Shown here piece after piece: positions 17,519-27,342 of a stretch of 34,255 nt of DNA (position 1 is the first letter of the stretch; every line of letters begins with the position of its first letter). The notes under the pieces were generated by a model. That model did no database searches and was not told the origin of the DNA. It worked only from the letters and a program-made list of their open reading frames with translations. Made by a program: the position numbers and the translations under genes. Source of the stretch: a virus (lineage: Duplodnaviria > Heunggongvirae > Uroviricota > Caudoviricetes); IMG/VR virus record IMGVR_UViG_638341087_000014, positions 1 to 34,255 of that record, one strand, 5' to 3'.

Positions 17519-18081
17519 TGGAACCATTGATGATGGGAGCCTGGCATCAGGCGGTGATTGACAGTCTGAAACAAATTCCCTGGGTGGAAGATGCCGATGA
17601 GTACCCGGAAAAAGTGACGCAACTGGTGACGCCTGCCGTGTTTGTGGATGTACCGGGCTGGGACAAGGCTCAGTTTGCTGACGGGCAGATGCGGGTCACG
17701 CTGAAATGCGATCTGTTTGTGGTGACTGACAGGTCCGGGAAGACGGAGAACGTGTCAAAACCGCAGATATTTGCCCGCTGTCTGGCAATGGATTTATCTG
17801 ACTGGATTGATGGAGCCACGTTCGGGCTGGATAACGTTGATCCGGCGGTTTTTATTGATGCTGAGGTGGATACCTTCGACCGGCTGATGGACGACTACAT
17901 CGTTTTCCGGGTCTCTTTTGAACAGGACATTCCGGCCGGCGAAGATCCGTTTGCGGTTCCGGCAGGTGCGCCGTTACGGGAAGTCTGGCTGGGGAAAGTA
18001 CCGGAAACCGGTAAAAAGTATGTGCAGGATTATCGTCTTATCTGGAAAGCGGAGGGCACCGGCGATGAGTCTGGCGGATGA
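17518..18081 (+). CDS. Putative neck / tail completion protein, family not securely recognised
   Basis: 188 aa ORF tightly coupled to its neighbours; start overlaps the previous stop (GTGATGG). Confidence 0.45.
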   Translation: MEPLMMGAWHQAVIDSLKQIPWVEDADEYPEKVTQLVTPAVFVDVPGWDKAQFADGQMRVTLKCDLFVVTDRSGKTENVSKPQIFARCLAMDLSDWIDGATFGLDNVDPAVFIDAEVDTFDRLMDDYIVFRVSFEQDIPAGEDPFAVPAGAPLREVWLGKVPETGKKYVQDYRLIWKAEGTGDESGG

Positions 18082-18688
18082 AGTGGCAGAGTTACGCCGC
18101 AGGGTGGCGGATATGGTCCGTCGCGGCGTGGTGGAAGAGGTGATCCCGGGTAGCCCTGTGATGGTCCGGGTGGATATCGGGGATGTGCTTTCACCGCCGT
18201 TGCCCTGGATTCAGGTGCAGTCCGGGCGTTACATGCAGGTCAGTAATTACCCGGCTCCCGGAGATGCGGTAACGGTGATATCGGAGGCGGGTGATCTGCG
18301 TAATGGTCGGGTGTATCCGGGAGCCAACATTGACGCGATTCCGGTACCGGCGGGCAGTGAACACGAGCATGTTATTTTGTTTGATACCGGAACGGAGATC
18401 CGTTACGACCGTCAGGCTAATGCCCTGTTCATCACGCTGGCTGAAGGCGGCAGCTATAAAATTACCGGCAGGGGAACCCTGGACGGTCCGGTGGAAATCA
18501 CGGACACCCTGACTGTGCAGGGAAAAACGAAGATTAATGCCGATACGCAGGTTCTGGGCAATATCGGTGCCTCACAGGAGATCACCGACAAAACCGGTAG
18601 CATGAGTAAAATTCGCGAAATTTATAATACTCATGATCACCCCGGCGACAGCGGGGGAACCACCCGTAAACCTAACCAGGAAATGTGA
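18065..18688 (+). CDS. Baseplate spike / assembly protein V (P2 gpV-like)
   Basis: 207 aa; C-terminal H(D/K)HPGDSGGTT motif as in P2 gpV; ATG 18065 overlaps the upstream gene end. Confidence 0.85.
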   Translation: MSLADEVAELRRRVADMVRRGVVEEVIPGSPVMVRVDIGDVLSPPLPWIQVQSGRYMQVSNYPAPGDAVTVISEAGDLRNGRVYPGANIDAIPVPAGSEHEHVILFDTGTEIRYDRQANALFITLAEGGSYKITGRGTLDGPVEITDTLTVQGKTKINADTQVLGNIGASQEITDKTGSMSKIREIYNTHDHPGDSGGTTRKPNQEM

Positions 18689-18722
18689 ACGCCGCACCGG
18701 CGTTTTTTTTCGGAAAAATTTC

Positions 18723-19079
18723 ATGATTGGTATTGATTCCGCCACCGGAAGATATCTGTACGGTAACGAACATCTGCGTCAGTCCGTCACCGATATTCTG
18801 TCAACACCGGTCGGCAGCCGGGTCCTGCTCAGGGAATACGGCAGCAGGCTGTTCAGTCTGCTTGATAACCCGCAGGATGATTTCACACGGGTGAGGATTG
18901 TCCGTGAAACGGCAACCGCCCTCGAACGCTGGGAACCCCGCCTGACCCTTCGCCGGGTGGAGGTGACGTGGACCGGAGAAGGCTGCGCCTGGCTGACGCT
19001 TGTCGGGGTGAATAACGAAACACAGGAAACGATTCGACTCGAGGAGATAAAAATTGGCAACGTCTCAGGCAATCATTGA
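18723..19079 (+). CDS. Baseplate protein W (GPW/gp25 family)
   Basis: 118 aa; resembles P2 W (SVTDILSTPVGSRVLLREYGS, ERWEPRLTL). Confidence 0.85.
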   Translation: MIGIDSATGRYLYGNEHLRQSVTDILSTPVGSRVLLREYGSRLFSLLDNPQDDFTRVRIVRETATALERWEPRLTLRRVEVTWTGEGCAWLTLVGVNNETQETIRLEEIKIGNVSGNH

Positions 19080-19968
19080 TCTGTCCGCGATACCGGTACC
19101 GGATGCGGTGGAGGTGCCGGACACTGCTGTGCTGGTCACTCAGATAGTGGCGAAGTATCAGGAGCTGGACACGTTGTTTTCGGCCCTGGTGGAATCCGAA
19201 CCGGCGTATAAATGGGCAGAGGCACTGGCTTTTCGCGTGGCGCTGATGCGCCAGCAGGTCAATGATGCTGTCCGGGGTGTACTGCTTGCCAGCGCCCGGA
19301 GGAACGACCTGGATCAGATTGGTGCGAATTTTCAGGTGCAACGTCTGGTGATTACCCCGGCAGATGACAGCACCATCCCGCCCACGCCTGCGGTGTATGA
19401 AGATGATGATGCTTTTCGCGAACGTATCCAGTTGTCATGGGCACGACTCAGCACCGCTGGCGCGAAAAATGCGTATCACTATTTTGCACAAAGTGCTGAT
19501 CCTGATGTGCTGGATGTGAAGGCTTACGGGCCGGAAACGCATTCGCAGGAAGGCCGGGTTTTTCTTTATGTGTTATCCCGCTCCGGAAATGGCACTGCAT
19601 CACAACCCCTGCTGGATAAGGTGGCAGCATCAGTCTGTGATGATGAAACCCGTCCCCTGACGGATTTTGTCAGTGTCCGGACGGCAGAAATTATTCCCTA
19701 CGATGTGGTGGCGGATATTCATATTCCCTACGGACTGGATGGTGAACTGGTTATGGCAAATGCCCGCAAGGCGCTGCAGTCATACACTGACAGCGTCCAC
19801 CGGATTGGCTCGGTGGCATCCCGTTCTGGCATGGATGGTGCCCTTCACCAGACCGGGGTGATTACGGTGAATCTGACCTCTCCGGGCAGTGATATCGTTC
19901 CTGCGATGGGGCAGGCACCGTGGTGCCGTAAGGTAACGCTGAATAAGGTGGAGACAACTGATGAATGA
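19054..19968 (+). CDS. Baseplate assembly protein J (P2 gpJ-like)
   Basis: 304 aa beginning IIDLSAIPVPD as in P2 J (MPIIDLNQLPAPD); TTG start with GAGGAG seven nt upstream; overlaps the W-like gene end. Confidence 0.85.
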   Translation: MATSQAIIDLSAIPVPDAVEVPDTAVLVTQIVAKYQELDTLFSALVESEPAYKWAEALAFRVALMRQQVNDAVRGVLLASARRNDLDQIGANFQVQRLVITPADDSTIPPTPAVYEDDDAFRERIQLSWARLSTAGAKNAYHYFAQSADPDVLDVKAYGPETHSQEGRVFLYVLSRSGNGTASQPLLDKVAASVCDDETRPLTDFVSVRTAEIIPYDVVADIHIPYGLDGELVMANARKALQSYTDSVHRIGSVASRSGMDGALHQTGVITVNLTSPGSDIVPAMGQAPWCRKVTLNKVETTDE

Positions 19969-20551
19969 CGATATCAGGAGCATACTGCCGGTCAGTGCCA
20001 GCCGGGCAGAGCGGGTGGTGGACTGTGTCGCCGGAGATATGCTGTCAGACATAGCGGTCTGCCTGATCCGCTATGTGAAAAATCCCGATTTATGTCCTGC
20101 TGAATTGCTGCCATGGCTGGCTTGGGAAATGGCGGTGGATACCTGGAATGAACACTGGACGGAGACGGAAAAAAGGTCTGCGATAAAACGTGCTGCTTAC
20201 ATCCACCGCCACAGAGGGACTAAAGCGGCGCTGATGGCATCGCTGGCTGACAGTCCCTTCCGGTCGCAGATTGTTGAGTGGTATGAGCAGACCCCACCCG
20301 GGGAGCCGTATACCTTTCGTCTGAACGTGGAGCAGAAGGATTTACCGGTGCTGATGAATGATCATCAGGATCTGAAGCATGCGGTGCTCCGTGCCAAAAA
20401 TCTGCGCAGCTGGTTCAGTATTCACGTTTACGGGAACAGCACAGGGCGTGGATTTGGTTACGGCTATGTGATGGCGACAGAAAAAATCAGAAGTACCGGT
20501 GTGACAACAAAGACAGTGCCCACAGGCGGGCAGAGTGAGGCAGGTGTATGA
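19961..20551 (+). CDS. Tail/baseplate protein I (P2 gpI-like)
   Basis: 196 aa in the position and with the overall pattern of P2 gpI; start overlaps the J-like stop. Confidence 0.8.
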   Translation: MNDDIRSILPVSASRAERVVDCVAGDMLSDIAVCLIRYVKNPDLCPAELLPWLAWEMAVDTWNEHWTETEKRSAIKRAAYIHRHRGTKAALMASLADSPFRSQIVEWYEQTPPGEPYTFRLNVEQKDLPVLMNDHQDLKHAVLRAKNLRSWFSIHVYGNSTGRGFGYGYVMATEKIRSTGVTTKTVPTGGQSEAGV

Positions 20552-21933
20552 ATGGACTGATTCTGACAACGTCCGGCGCTGCAGAAATTGAAGCAGCATA
20601 TCAGAACGGGCAAATCGTGACCGTCCGGCATGTTCTGCTTGGTGACGGGGGCGGGCGGGCATTGCCATCCACGCCGGATGAAATGGCAGCAATGACATCG
20701 TTGTACGGCGAATTCGGGCAGGAACCCTTTTCCGACGGTGCGGTGGAGGAGGGCTTCATCAGCGGGGATATTGTGATTGACTGTAAATCATACCCCGGTA
20801 AAACCCTTCGTGAACTGGGGATGATCAGCGACAGAGGTACGCTTATCGCGTACGGACGTTATCCGGACACCTTTTTACCAGACCAGACGGACTCCGTTAT
20901 CAAGGAAGTTATTCTGACGCTGGTTCTTGGACTGACGCACGCACAAAACGTGGTGCTGGAAGTTGATCCGGACAGGGCCATTATTACTCAGGAAATCGGA
21001 GACAGACGCTATCTGCAACGAAAAAAGAATCTTTCGGATGTGGAAGACAAGGATGAGGCTGTTGAAAGCCTCGGATTAAAACCTACGGTGGACAAGGCAA
21101 AAAATGCCGTTCAGCGTGATGGTGACACCATGACCGGGGAACTGAAAATCCGTGGTGTTAATGCGCTGAGGATTTTCAACGAAGCCTTTGGTCTGATTTT
21201 TCGTCGTTCGGAAGAGTGCCTGCACCTTATCCCTACCAGTGAAGGTCAGGGCGAGAATGGCGATATTGGTCCACTTCGACCGTTCACTATTAATCTGCGG
21301 ACGGGTGAAATATCCATGTCGCATAAAGTGTCTGTTGGCGGCGGTTCTCAGGTCAATGGTGCGCTGGGTATCGGCGTTCAGAACGCGCTGGGCGGAAACT
21401 CAATTGCTTTCGGGGATAACGATACAGGTATAAAACAAAACGGTGACGGCATTCTGGATGTTTATGCGAATGGGCAGCATGTATTTCGTTTCCAGAATGG
21501 TGTGGCGATAGCGTTAAAAAATATTCAGGCCGGAAATGCTAAAAAATTCACGTTATCCAGCGCCAACAACTCCACGAAAAACGCAACGTTTAATTTATGG
21601 GGCAATTCATCCCGCCCTGTAGTTGCAGAGCTTGGTGATGATTCTGGCTGGCATTTTTACAGTCAAAGGAATACGGATAACAGCATAACGTTCGCTGTAA
21701 ACGGGCAGATGGTTCCATCAAACTACGGAAACTTTGATGCCCGCTATCAGACCAAAACAGGCGGTGTGCAGGATGTGCGTCTGGGAAGCGCCATTGGTAT
21801 TGGACGCGGGGGAAATGCGCCATCAGGTCACCTTATCAGCGGTCTTGACGGTGGTGAAAGTATGGACTGGGCCAATGCCCGCCCGGTGCAGGTTCTGATT
21901 AATGGGGTCTGGCGGAATGTAGCGAGTTTGTAA
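20548..21933 (+). CDS. Tail fibre protein (P2 gpH position; N-terminal tail-collar-type domain)
   Basis: 461 aa after the I-like gene; N-terminal domain typical of myovirus tail fibres, Gly/Asn-rich distal part; followed by an assembly chaperone gene. Confidence 0.75.
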   Translation: MNGLILTTSGAAEIEAAYQNGQIVTVRHVLLGDGGGRALPSTPDEMAAMTSLYGEFGQEPFSDGAVEEGFISGDIVIDCKSYPGKTLRELGMISDRGTLIAYGRYPDTFLPDQTDSVIKEVILTLVLGLTHAQNVVLEVDPDRAIITQEIGDRRYLQRKKNLSDVEDKDEAVESLGLKPTVDKAKNAVQRDGDTMTGELKIRGVNALRIFNEAFGLIFRRSEECLHLIPTSEGQGENGDIGPLRPFTINLRTGEISMSHKVSVGGGSQVNGALGIGVQNALGGNSIAFGDNDTGIKQNGDGILDVYANGQHVFRFQNGVAIALKNIQAGNAKKFTLSSANNSTKNATFNLWGNSSRPVVAELGDDSGWHFYSQRNTDNSITFAVNGQMVPSNYGNFDARYQTKTGGVQDVRLGSAIGIGRGGNAPSGHLISGLDGGESMDWANARPVQVLINGVWRNVASL

Positions 21934-21935
21934 TT

Positions 21936-22481
21936 ATGATGCACTTAAAAAATATTACGGCACAAAACCCTAAAACAATTGAGCAATATCAGCTGGCGCG
22001 ACAGCATAAATTTTTATTGTGGCTGTTCTCCGATGATGGTCAGGAATGGCACGAAGCCCAGGAAAAATTTCAGCCAGACACTCTGAAAGTTATTTATGTT
22101 GAAACTGGCGAGGTGGTCTGGGTCGGAAAAGACATCACCTCAATCTGCCCGGAAAATAAAAGCGTGATTGAGCTACCGGATATTACCGCCAATCGTCGCA
22201 TTGAGGCGTCGGGTTACTGGTTCTACCGCAATGATGCATTTGTTTTTGACTACAAACTTAAAGCGGAAGACGAGCGTGATGCACTGTTAAAACAGGTCAG
22301 CATCATGACCAGCGAATGGGAAAAAGACCTGCTGCTGGGATTAATCAGTGACGAAGACAGGGAGAAGCTGAAAGCGTACCGCATTTACGCGAAATCGCTG
22401 CAGGCGATGGATTTCAGCGCTATTACGGATAAGACCACTTACAACAATATTAGCTGGCCTGAGCAGCCACAAAATACCTGA
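21936..22481 (+). CDS. Tail fibre assembly chaperone (Tfa, P2 gpG position)
   Basis: 181 aa immediately after the fibre gene, with the usual acidic, W/Y-containing profile. Confidence 0.7.
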   Translation: MMHLKNITAQNPKTIEQYQLARQHKFLLWLFSDDGQEWHEAQEKFQPDTLKVIYVETGEVVWVGKDITSICPENKSVIELPDITANRRIEASGYWFYRNDAFVFDYKLKAEDERDALLKQVSIMTSEWEKDLLLGLISDEDREKLKAYRIYAKSLQAMDFSAITDKTTYNNISWPEQPQNT

Positions 22482-22501
22482 AAAAGAAGTTAATCATCTG
22501 A

Positions 22502-22522
22502 CCGCCTGAGGGCGGTTTTTTT
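22502..22522 (+). terminator. Intrinsic terminator between the fibre-chaperone and sheath genes
   Basis: CCGCC-TGAG-GGCGG stem-loop followed by a 7-T run. Confidence 0.6.
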
Positions 22523-22535
22523 ATGGGAGAAATGT

Positions 22536-24011
22536 ATGTCCGGATTACATGGTGTTGAAACCATTGAACTGACGACAGGCACGGTTGCCGTGCAGACCAT
22601 CTCCACGGCAGTGATTGGCCTGGTGGGGACAGCACCGGACGCCTCTGGTGGTGTGTGCGCTTCCGGCACAGCCGGCTCCTGGCTGCTGGGAACGGCGCTG
22701 GATTTCACGGCGAAACAGGAAGGTCGGGCCGGTAATAAGATTTCGGTTGTTGCTGTGGCTGCCACAGAACAAAACGCGCAGACAGTGGCCTCGCTGAAAG
22801 GCACAACCCTGACGATAATACTGGGGACGGACGAACACCGCCAGATTAACGCCACAGCGGACCGTGTGACTGAAGTGGTGAATGCGCTGGGGGATTCGCC
22901 TGTGACGGCGGCTGTCAGCACCCTGAATGCAGGAGACGCTGAAAATAAAGTGGTGTTGCCGTTCAGCCTGACGTTATCCGGCGGAGAAGATGAGGCGTTC
23001 CCGGTCAATACACCAGTGGTGGTGGCAGGGGCCATTACTCAGGCTGGGAAACTGGGCACAGCCGGAACATTATACCCGGCCCTGCGAGATATTTTTGACC
23101 AGACTGGTGCGCTGGTGATTGTGGTGCGCGCAGAAAGTAAAACAAAGGCGAAAGAGGCCGAACAGCGTGCGGCGGTGATTCAGGCCATGGAGGCGCTGAC
23201 AGAAAGTAAGGGCGTGACAGGCTATCAACCGCGCATCCTCATTGCCACGGGGTACAGTGAGGATGATGGCGTGGCAAAGGCGCTGGAAACGTATGCCGTG
23301 AAGCTGCGGGCTGTGGCCTATATTGACTCGCCTTCAATGGCAACGCCGCAGGATGTGGTTCAGCGGCGCGCGTCATTTGGTGGGCGTGTGGAGCTGCTGC
23401 GTCCGCGCGTGTCAGTGACGGATGACAGCGGGCAAACGATATTTCGTCCATATTCGGCTCGTGCTGCCGGGCTGCGTGCCCGTATTGATTACGAAAAAGG
23501 GTGGTGGTGGTCCAAATCAAACCAGGACGTGATGAATATCACCGGTCTGGAGCAGGTGGATACGTTTATTCTCGGGGAGCAGAACTGCACGGCAAACCTG
23601 CTGAACATGGAAAATATCTCCACCATTATTCGCCATGACGGTTTTAAACACTGGGGTAACCGTCTGTGCACATCCCACAGTCAGTGGCGTTTTGAGCCGG
23701 TACGCCGCACTGCAGATGTGATTGAGGACAGCATCCAGGAGGCCATGCTGCCTTATGTCGATCGCCCGCTTGATCGGGATGTGGCAGACGACATTCTTGG
23801 CAGCATTAATGCCTATATGCGTCAGCTTAAAAATCTGGGCGCGATCCACGGTGGCAATGCATGGCTGAACGATGAACTGAACACTGCAGAAACCCTGGCG
23901 GCAGGGCAGTTGTATATTGATTATGACTTTGGGCCGAAGTCACCGCTGGAGCGCCTGACACTGCGGGCAATGATTAACAATAAACTGGCGCTGGAGGAAC
24001 TGACAGTATGA
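22536..24011 (+). CDS. Tail sheath protein (P2 gpFI-like)
   Basis: 491 aa; conserved sheath segments (RAKIDYEKGWWWSKSN, IRHDGFKHWGNR, AGQLYIDYDFGPKSPLE); GGGAGA before the ATG. Confidence 0.9.
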   Translation: MSGLHGVETIELTTGTVAVQTISTAVIGLVGTAPDASGGVCASGTAGSWLLGTALDFTAKQEGRAGNKISVVAVAATEQNAQTVASLKGTTLTIILGTDEHRQINATADRVTEVVNALGDSPVTAAVSTLNAGDAENKVVLPFSLTLSGGEDEAFPVNTPVVVAGAITQAGKLGTAGTLYPALRDIFDQTGALVIVVRAESKTKAKEAEQRAAVIQAMEALTESKGVTGYQPRILIATGYSEDDGVAKALETYAVKLRAVAYIDSPSMATPQDVVQRRASFGGRVELLRPRVSVTDDSGQTIFRPYSARAAGLRARIDYEKGWWWSKSNQDVMNITGLEQVDTFILGEQNCTANLLNMENISTIIRHDGFKHWGNRLCTSHSQWRFEPVRRTADVIEDSIQEAMLPYVDRPLDRDVADDILGSINAYMRQLKNLGAIHGGNAWLNDELNTAETLAAGQLYIDYDFGPKSPLERLTLRAMINNKLALEELTV

Positions 24012-24526
24012 TGACGGGTGAAAAAAAACTGTTGCGCGCATGGGCGTTATTTCTTCCTGGCGGGATCCGCCTTCAGGGGGCGCATGAATACACGCCGCCA
24101 GCCATTAATATCACGACAGTGGATATCAAAACCGGCGCAATGGATGCACCGGTGGCAGTGGATGACGGCATGGAAGCGCTGACCTGTTCGTTTAAGATTT
24201 ATGGCTATGATGTTGCCATGCTGACGCTGCTGGGATTACAGGCCGGGCTTTATTCGCCGGAGATTGTTGTCCGCCAGGGCTATCAGGTGGGGAATGCGAC
24301 CAGCGGACAGGTGGAAACCCTGCAGGGGATGATCACCAGTATCACGCCGGATGCACGTCCGGCAACATCGCAGGCAGACGCCTCGGTGACGGTGGAAATG
24401 TCACTGAGTTATTACCGTCAGGCTGTTGACGGTGTGGAAACCATCTGCATTATTCCGGAGGAGTTTGTACGTCGTATTAATGGCGTTAATGTTCTGGCGG
24501 ATCTGAAAAAAATCATCCGGGTTTAA
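24008..24526 (+). CDS. Tail tube protein (P2 gpFII-like)
   Basis: 172 aa directly after the sheath gene with overlapping start/stop (ATGATGA). Confidence 0.85.
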   Translation: MMTGEKKLLRAWALFLPGGIRLQGAHEYTPPAINITTVDIKTGAMDAPVAVDDGMEALTCSFKIYGYDVAMLTLLGLQAGLYSPEIVVRQGYQVGNATSGQVETLQGMITSITPDARPATSQADASVTVEMSLSYYRQAVDGVETICIIPEEFVRRINGVNVLADLKKIIRV

Positions 24527-24545
24527 TCCGGGATCCTGTCATTCA

Positions 24546-24572
24546 GGCGGCTCAGGCCGCCTTTTCTTTTTT
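24546..24572 (+). terminator. Intrinsic terminator-like hairpin between the tube and tail-chaperone genes
   Basis: GGCGGC-TCAG-GCCGCC stem-loop followed by TTTTCTTTTTT. Confidence 0.5.
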
Positions 24573-24585
24573 AAAGGAGATGCTT

Positions 24586-24888
24586 ATGTCGGAAAAAAAC
24601 AGCGTTCCTGCCAGCAGCGTGGAAATTGTGTTATCCGTGCCGTATGTCACCGCATCCGGACAGACGATCACGCACGTCACCATGCGTGCGCCCACCGTCC
24701 GCGATCGTCTGTTGCATCGCCGGAGTACCAAACCGGAAGCAGAGGCTGATCTGGATATGATCGCCGGTCTGTGCGGGATGGACGCGGCGGACATGATGAA
24801 CATGGAAGCGTGTGATTACCTGGCCCTGGAGCGTCAGTTTAATGTTTTTTTGCTGCCGCCGGTCCGGCGGAAGAAGAAAGCATCCTGA
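24586..24888 (+). CDS. Tail assembly chaperone (P2 gpE-like), zero-frame product
   Basis: AAAGGAGA before ATG 24586; ORF ends shortly after a TTTTTTT-G slippery heptamer. Confidence 0.8.
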   Translation: MSEKNSVPASSVEIVLSVPYVTASGQTITHVTMRAPTVRDRLLHRRSTKPEAEADLDMIAGLCGMDAADMMNMEACDYLALERQFNVFLLPPVRRKKKAS

Positions 24889-25025
24889 CAGCGATACGGC
24901 GCGCCGGTGCCTGGTTCGGGTGGTCTCCCGGAGATGTGATGGCGCTGCCGTATACGGATTTTGTGGCAATGATGCTGGCGGAGTCGGAAGAGAGGAAGCA
25001 ACGTTATGGCAACGGTGGGCGATAA
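24586..25025 (+). CDS. Tail assembly chaperone frameshift product (P2 gpE+E'-like), -1 frameshift at 24845-24852
   Basis: After the T7-G slip site the -1 frame stays open for 58 codons to TAA 25023-25025, overlapping the tape-measure ATG (25006), the conserved P2-like arrangement. Confidence 0.6.
24845..24852 (+). other. Programmed -1 ribosomal frameshift slippery site (TTTTTTTG)
   Basis: Seven T followed by G in codon context GTT TTT TTG, in the last fifth of the chaperone gene, just before the tape-measure gene. Confidence 0.6.
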
Positions 25026-26658
25026 CCTTAAAGCGAATATCCGGATCGGAGGCACGATAGATCCGTCGTGGAAAAAATCGGTTGATGGACTGAAGCACGG
25101 ATTATCAGGGGCAACACAGGAAGTGGCTCGCCTGACACGCCAGCAGGACGTACTGAAACGAAAAATTCAGGCTGGCGTACTGGCTGGACAGGATATTACT
25201 GATCTGCGAAAGCAGTATGAAAAGCTGGGTAAAAAAATTCATGATGCCACCGGAGAGCAGGACAAATTTAACCGTAAACTGGCTCGTGCGGAACGCCTGG
25301 AACGCTGGAAAGGGCGGGCGGGGACGGTCCTTAAAACCGGTTTTGGGCTTTCGGTTGGTTCCGGGTTGACGCTGGCAGCGGGCACTGCCGCTGTGCTTAA
25401 CCGGAATACGGAGACGGCAGAGCGGGCAGGGATAGCCCGCAGTTATGGGGTGGATTATGAAACCTATGCGTCATGGGATTCTCTGGCTCGACTGATGGGG
25501 CTGAACGGTGAAAACATCGGTGATCTGTTTGAGGAGTACCGGAACAAGGTTTTTGACGATGATAATGGTGCCACGGATAAAGGGGCCATTCAGGAGGTCT
25601 TTGGTAAACTGGGACTGAAAGCCGGGGTGATGGCAGGGAAAAGTAACCAGGAGCAGGTCGAATTTTTATTTGATCGCTTACTGCAGGTAGAGAATGAACA
25701 GGTGGCTGCCGGAATGGCAGATGCGTTGTTCGGTGGTGAGGCCAATAAAATTCTGACCTGGATGCGTCTGTCAGGGAAAACTTATCGGGAGCTTATCAGT
25801 GAGCAGAAACGCTATAACCTGGTGACAAAGGCAGGGGCTGATGGCGCAGTTCAGGGACATGTGGCACTGTCAAATCTCCGTAATGTTCTGAGTTCTTCCA
25901 TTGATGAAATCAGCGGACAGCTGGGTAATGAACTTGCCCCACATATTCAACAGGTGACGGATGACCTTGCGGCCTGGTTTAAGAATGGTGGGCTGGAAAA
26001 AATCCGGGCATTTATTCGTGATGATGCCCTGCCGGCGCTGATCGACATGGCTGCCTGGATGTGGAAATTTGGAAAAGTTCTGGCCGGAATAACGCAGAAA
26101 GCCATTGAGTGGGGGCTGGCAGATGATCCGCGTCAGGACCGGCGAGAGGTACTGGAATATCTGGCAAAAATGGGGTCGCCGGAGCTGGCGAGAGCGGTGG
26201 CGCAGAAAAACGGCCAGGGAGAATGGTTTGATGAACTGCTCAGGCAAAATCCGGACCTGACGAAACAGGTTGTACAGGCTTATAAAGACACCCGCGGTTA
26301 TCTCCCCTGGAATCATGACGATAAAAAGTTTGATGCATTTCTCGACCCTCTGCTGGGGCCGAAAGAAGAACCTGATTTTAAGGCGATAAAAGAGAAATCC
26401 CGCACCTACATTGATGGACTTCATGCAGCAGATCCGGGGCAGGGTAATTCGGATCCCCTCTCAGCTCTTCAGTATACACCCGGCAGTGTCAGCCAGGTGG
26501 AAGTAAAACCCACATATCAGATACGGGCGGAATTTAACATCACTCAGAAGCCCGGCGAGGATGCCGGACAACTGGCAGACAGGGTAACGAAAAATCTGGG
26601 AGATATTAATTTTGGTCAGCGTTCCCGCATGACTGATGGTGATGCATTCTGGGGGTGA
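25006..26658 (+). CDS. Tail tape measure protein
   Basis: 550 aa, helical and Gly/Ala-rich, located after the E/E' pair and before the U-like gene. Confidence 0.85.
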   Translation: MATVGDNLKANIRIGGTIDPSWKKSVDGLKHGLSGATQEVARLTRQQDVLKRKIQAGVLAGQDITDLRKQYEKLGKKIHDATGEQDKFNRKLARAERLERWKGRAGTVLKTGFGLSVGSGLTLAAGTAAVLNRNTETAERAGIARSYGVDYETYASWDSLARLMGLNGENIGDLFEEYRNKVFDDDNGATDKGAIQEVFGKLGLKAGVMAGKSNQEQVEFLFDRLLQVENEQVAAGMADALFGGEANKILTWMRLSGKTYRELISEQKRYNLVTKAGADGAVQGHVALSNLRNVLSSSIDEISGQLGNELAPHIQQVTDDLAAWFKNGGLEKIRAFIRDDALPALIDMAAWMWKFGKVLAGITQKAIEWGLADDPRQDRREVLEYLAKMGSPELARAVAQKNGQGEWFDELLRQNPDLTKQVVQAYKDTRGYLPWNHDDKKFDAFLDPLLGPKEEPDFKAIKEKSRTYIDGLHAADPGQGNSDPLSALQYTPGSVSQVEVKPTYQIRAEFNITQKPGEDAGQLADRVTKNLGDINFGQRSRMTDGDAFWG

Positions 26659-26660
26659 AT

Positions 26661-27149
26661 ATGGTGGATTTGCTGGGCTGGGGCGTAAACCGGCTTGAGC
26701 GTGAAGCATGGGACGCGGTGGGATCATTAACGGATGTCGCCTCCCGCGTCATGCTGTCGTTTGGTGAGTTTGAATTCAGTATTGATACTGCTGCTTATAA
26801 CGCCATGAAGCGCACGATGGAATGGCGATGGGATGAACAACAGCTTATCGGAAAAAACGACCTGCTGCAGTATACCGGCAAGGGGGCCAGAACAATAACC
26901 CTTGAAGGTATGGTGCATGCAGGATTTCGTGACGGTGTGGGAATGGACGCTCTTGATACACTGGTTCAGATGGTGGATGACAATCCGGCCCCGCATCTTC
27001 TGGTCTCGAGCACAGGTGATGTGATGGGGTATTTCGTGGCAACTGCCTATTCAGATAACACCACGTCCTTTCTTCCCGGCGGTGCGCCGAAGAACAAAAC
27101 GTTCACACTGGAGCTGAAATACTATGGCGAAAAACTGGCGGACCACTGA
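26661..27149 (+). CDS. Tail protein U (P2 gpU-like)
   Basis: 163 aa in P2 gpU position; ATG 26661 (GTG 26655 is the alternative used by the ORF track). Confidence 0.8.
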   Translation: MVDLLGWGVNRLEREAWDAVGSLTDVASRVMLSFGEFEFSIDTAAYNAMKRTMEWRWDEQQLIGKNDLLQYTGKGARTITLEGMVHAGFRDGVGMDALDTLVQMVDDNPAPHLLVSSTGDVMGYFVATAYSDNTTSFLPGGAPKNKTFTLELKYYGEKLADH

Positions 27150-27342
27150 CGGCGATATGCTGGATGATATCTGTCAGAGACACTATGGCAGCGCCGGACT
27201 TAACCAGTCACTGGCGGCGGTACTGGAAGCCAATCCCGGACTGGCTGATATTGGTCCGATCTATCCGGCGGGAGTGGAAATCGTGTTGCCGGACTGGGTG
27301 TATGAACCGGAGGAAAAGGAGACGTTTCAGCTATGGGACTGA
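27124..27342 (+). CDS. Tail protein X (P2 gpX-like)
   Basis: 72 aa small ORF between the U- and D-like genes, overlapping both. Confidence 0.75.
   Translation: MAKNWRTTDGDMLDDICQRHYGSAGLNQSLAAVLEANPGLADIGPIYPAGVEIVLPDWVYEPEEKETFQLWD

Noticed and set aside
22490-26424. Long minus-strand ORFs inside the sheath and tape-measure genes (22490-23035, 25870-26424)
   Set aside because: Antisense to well-supported structural genes with no independent evidence.
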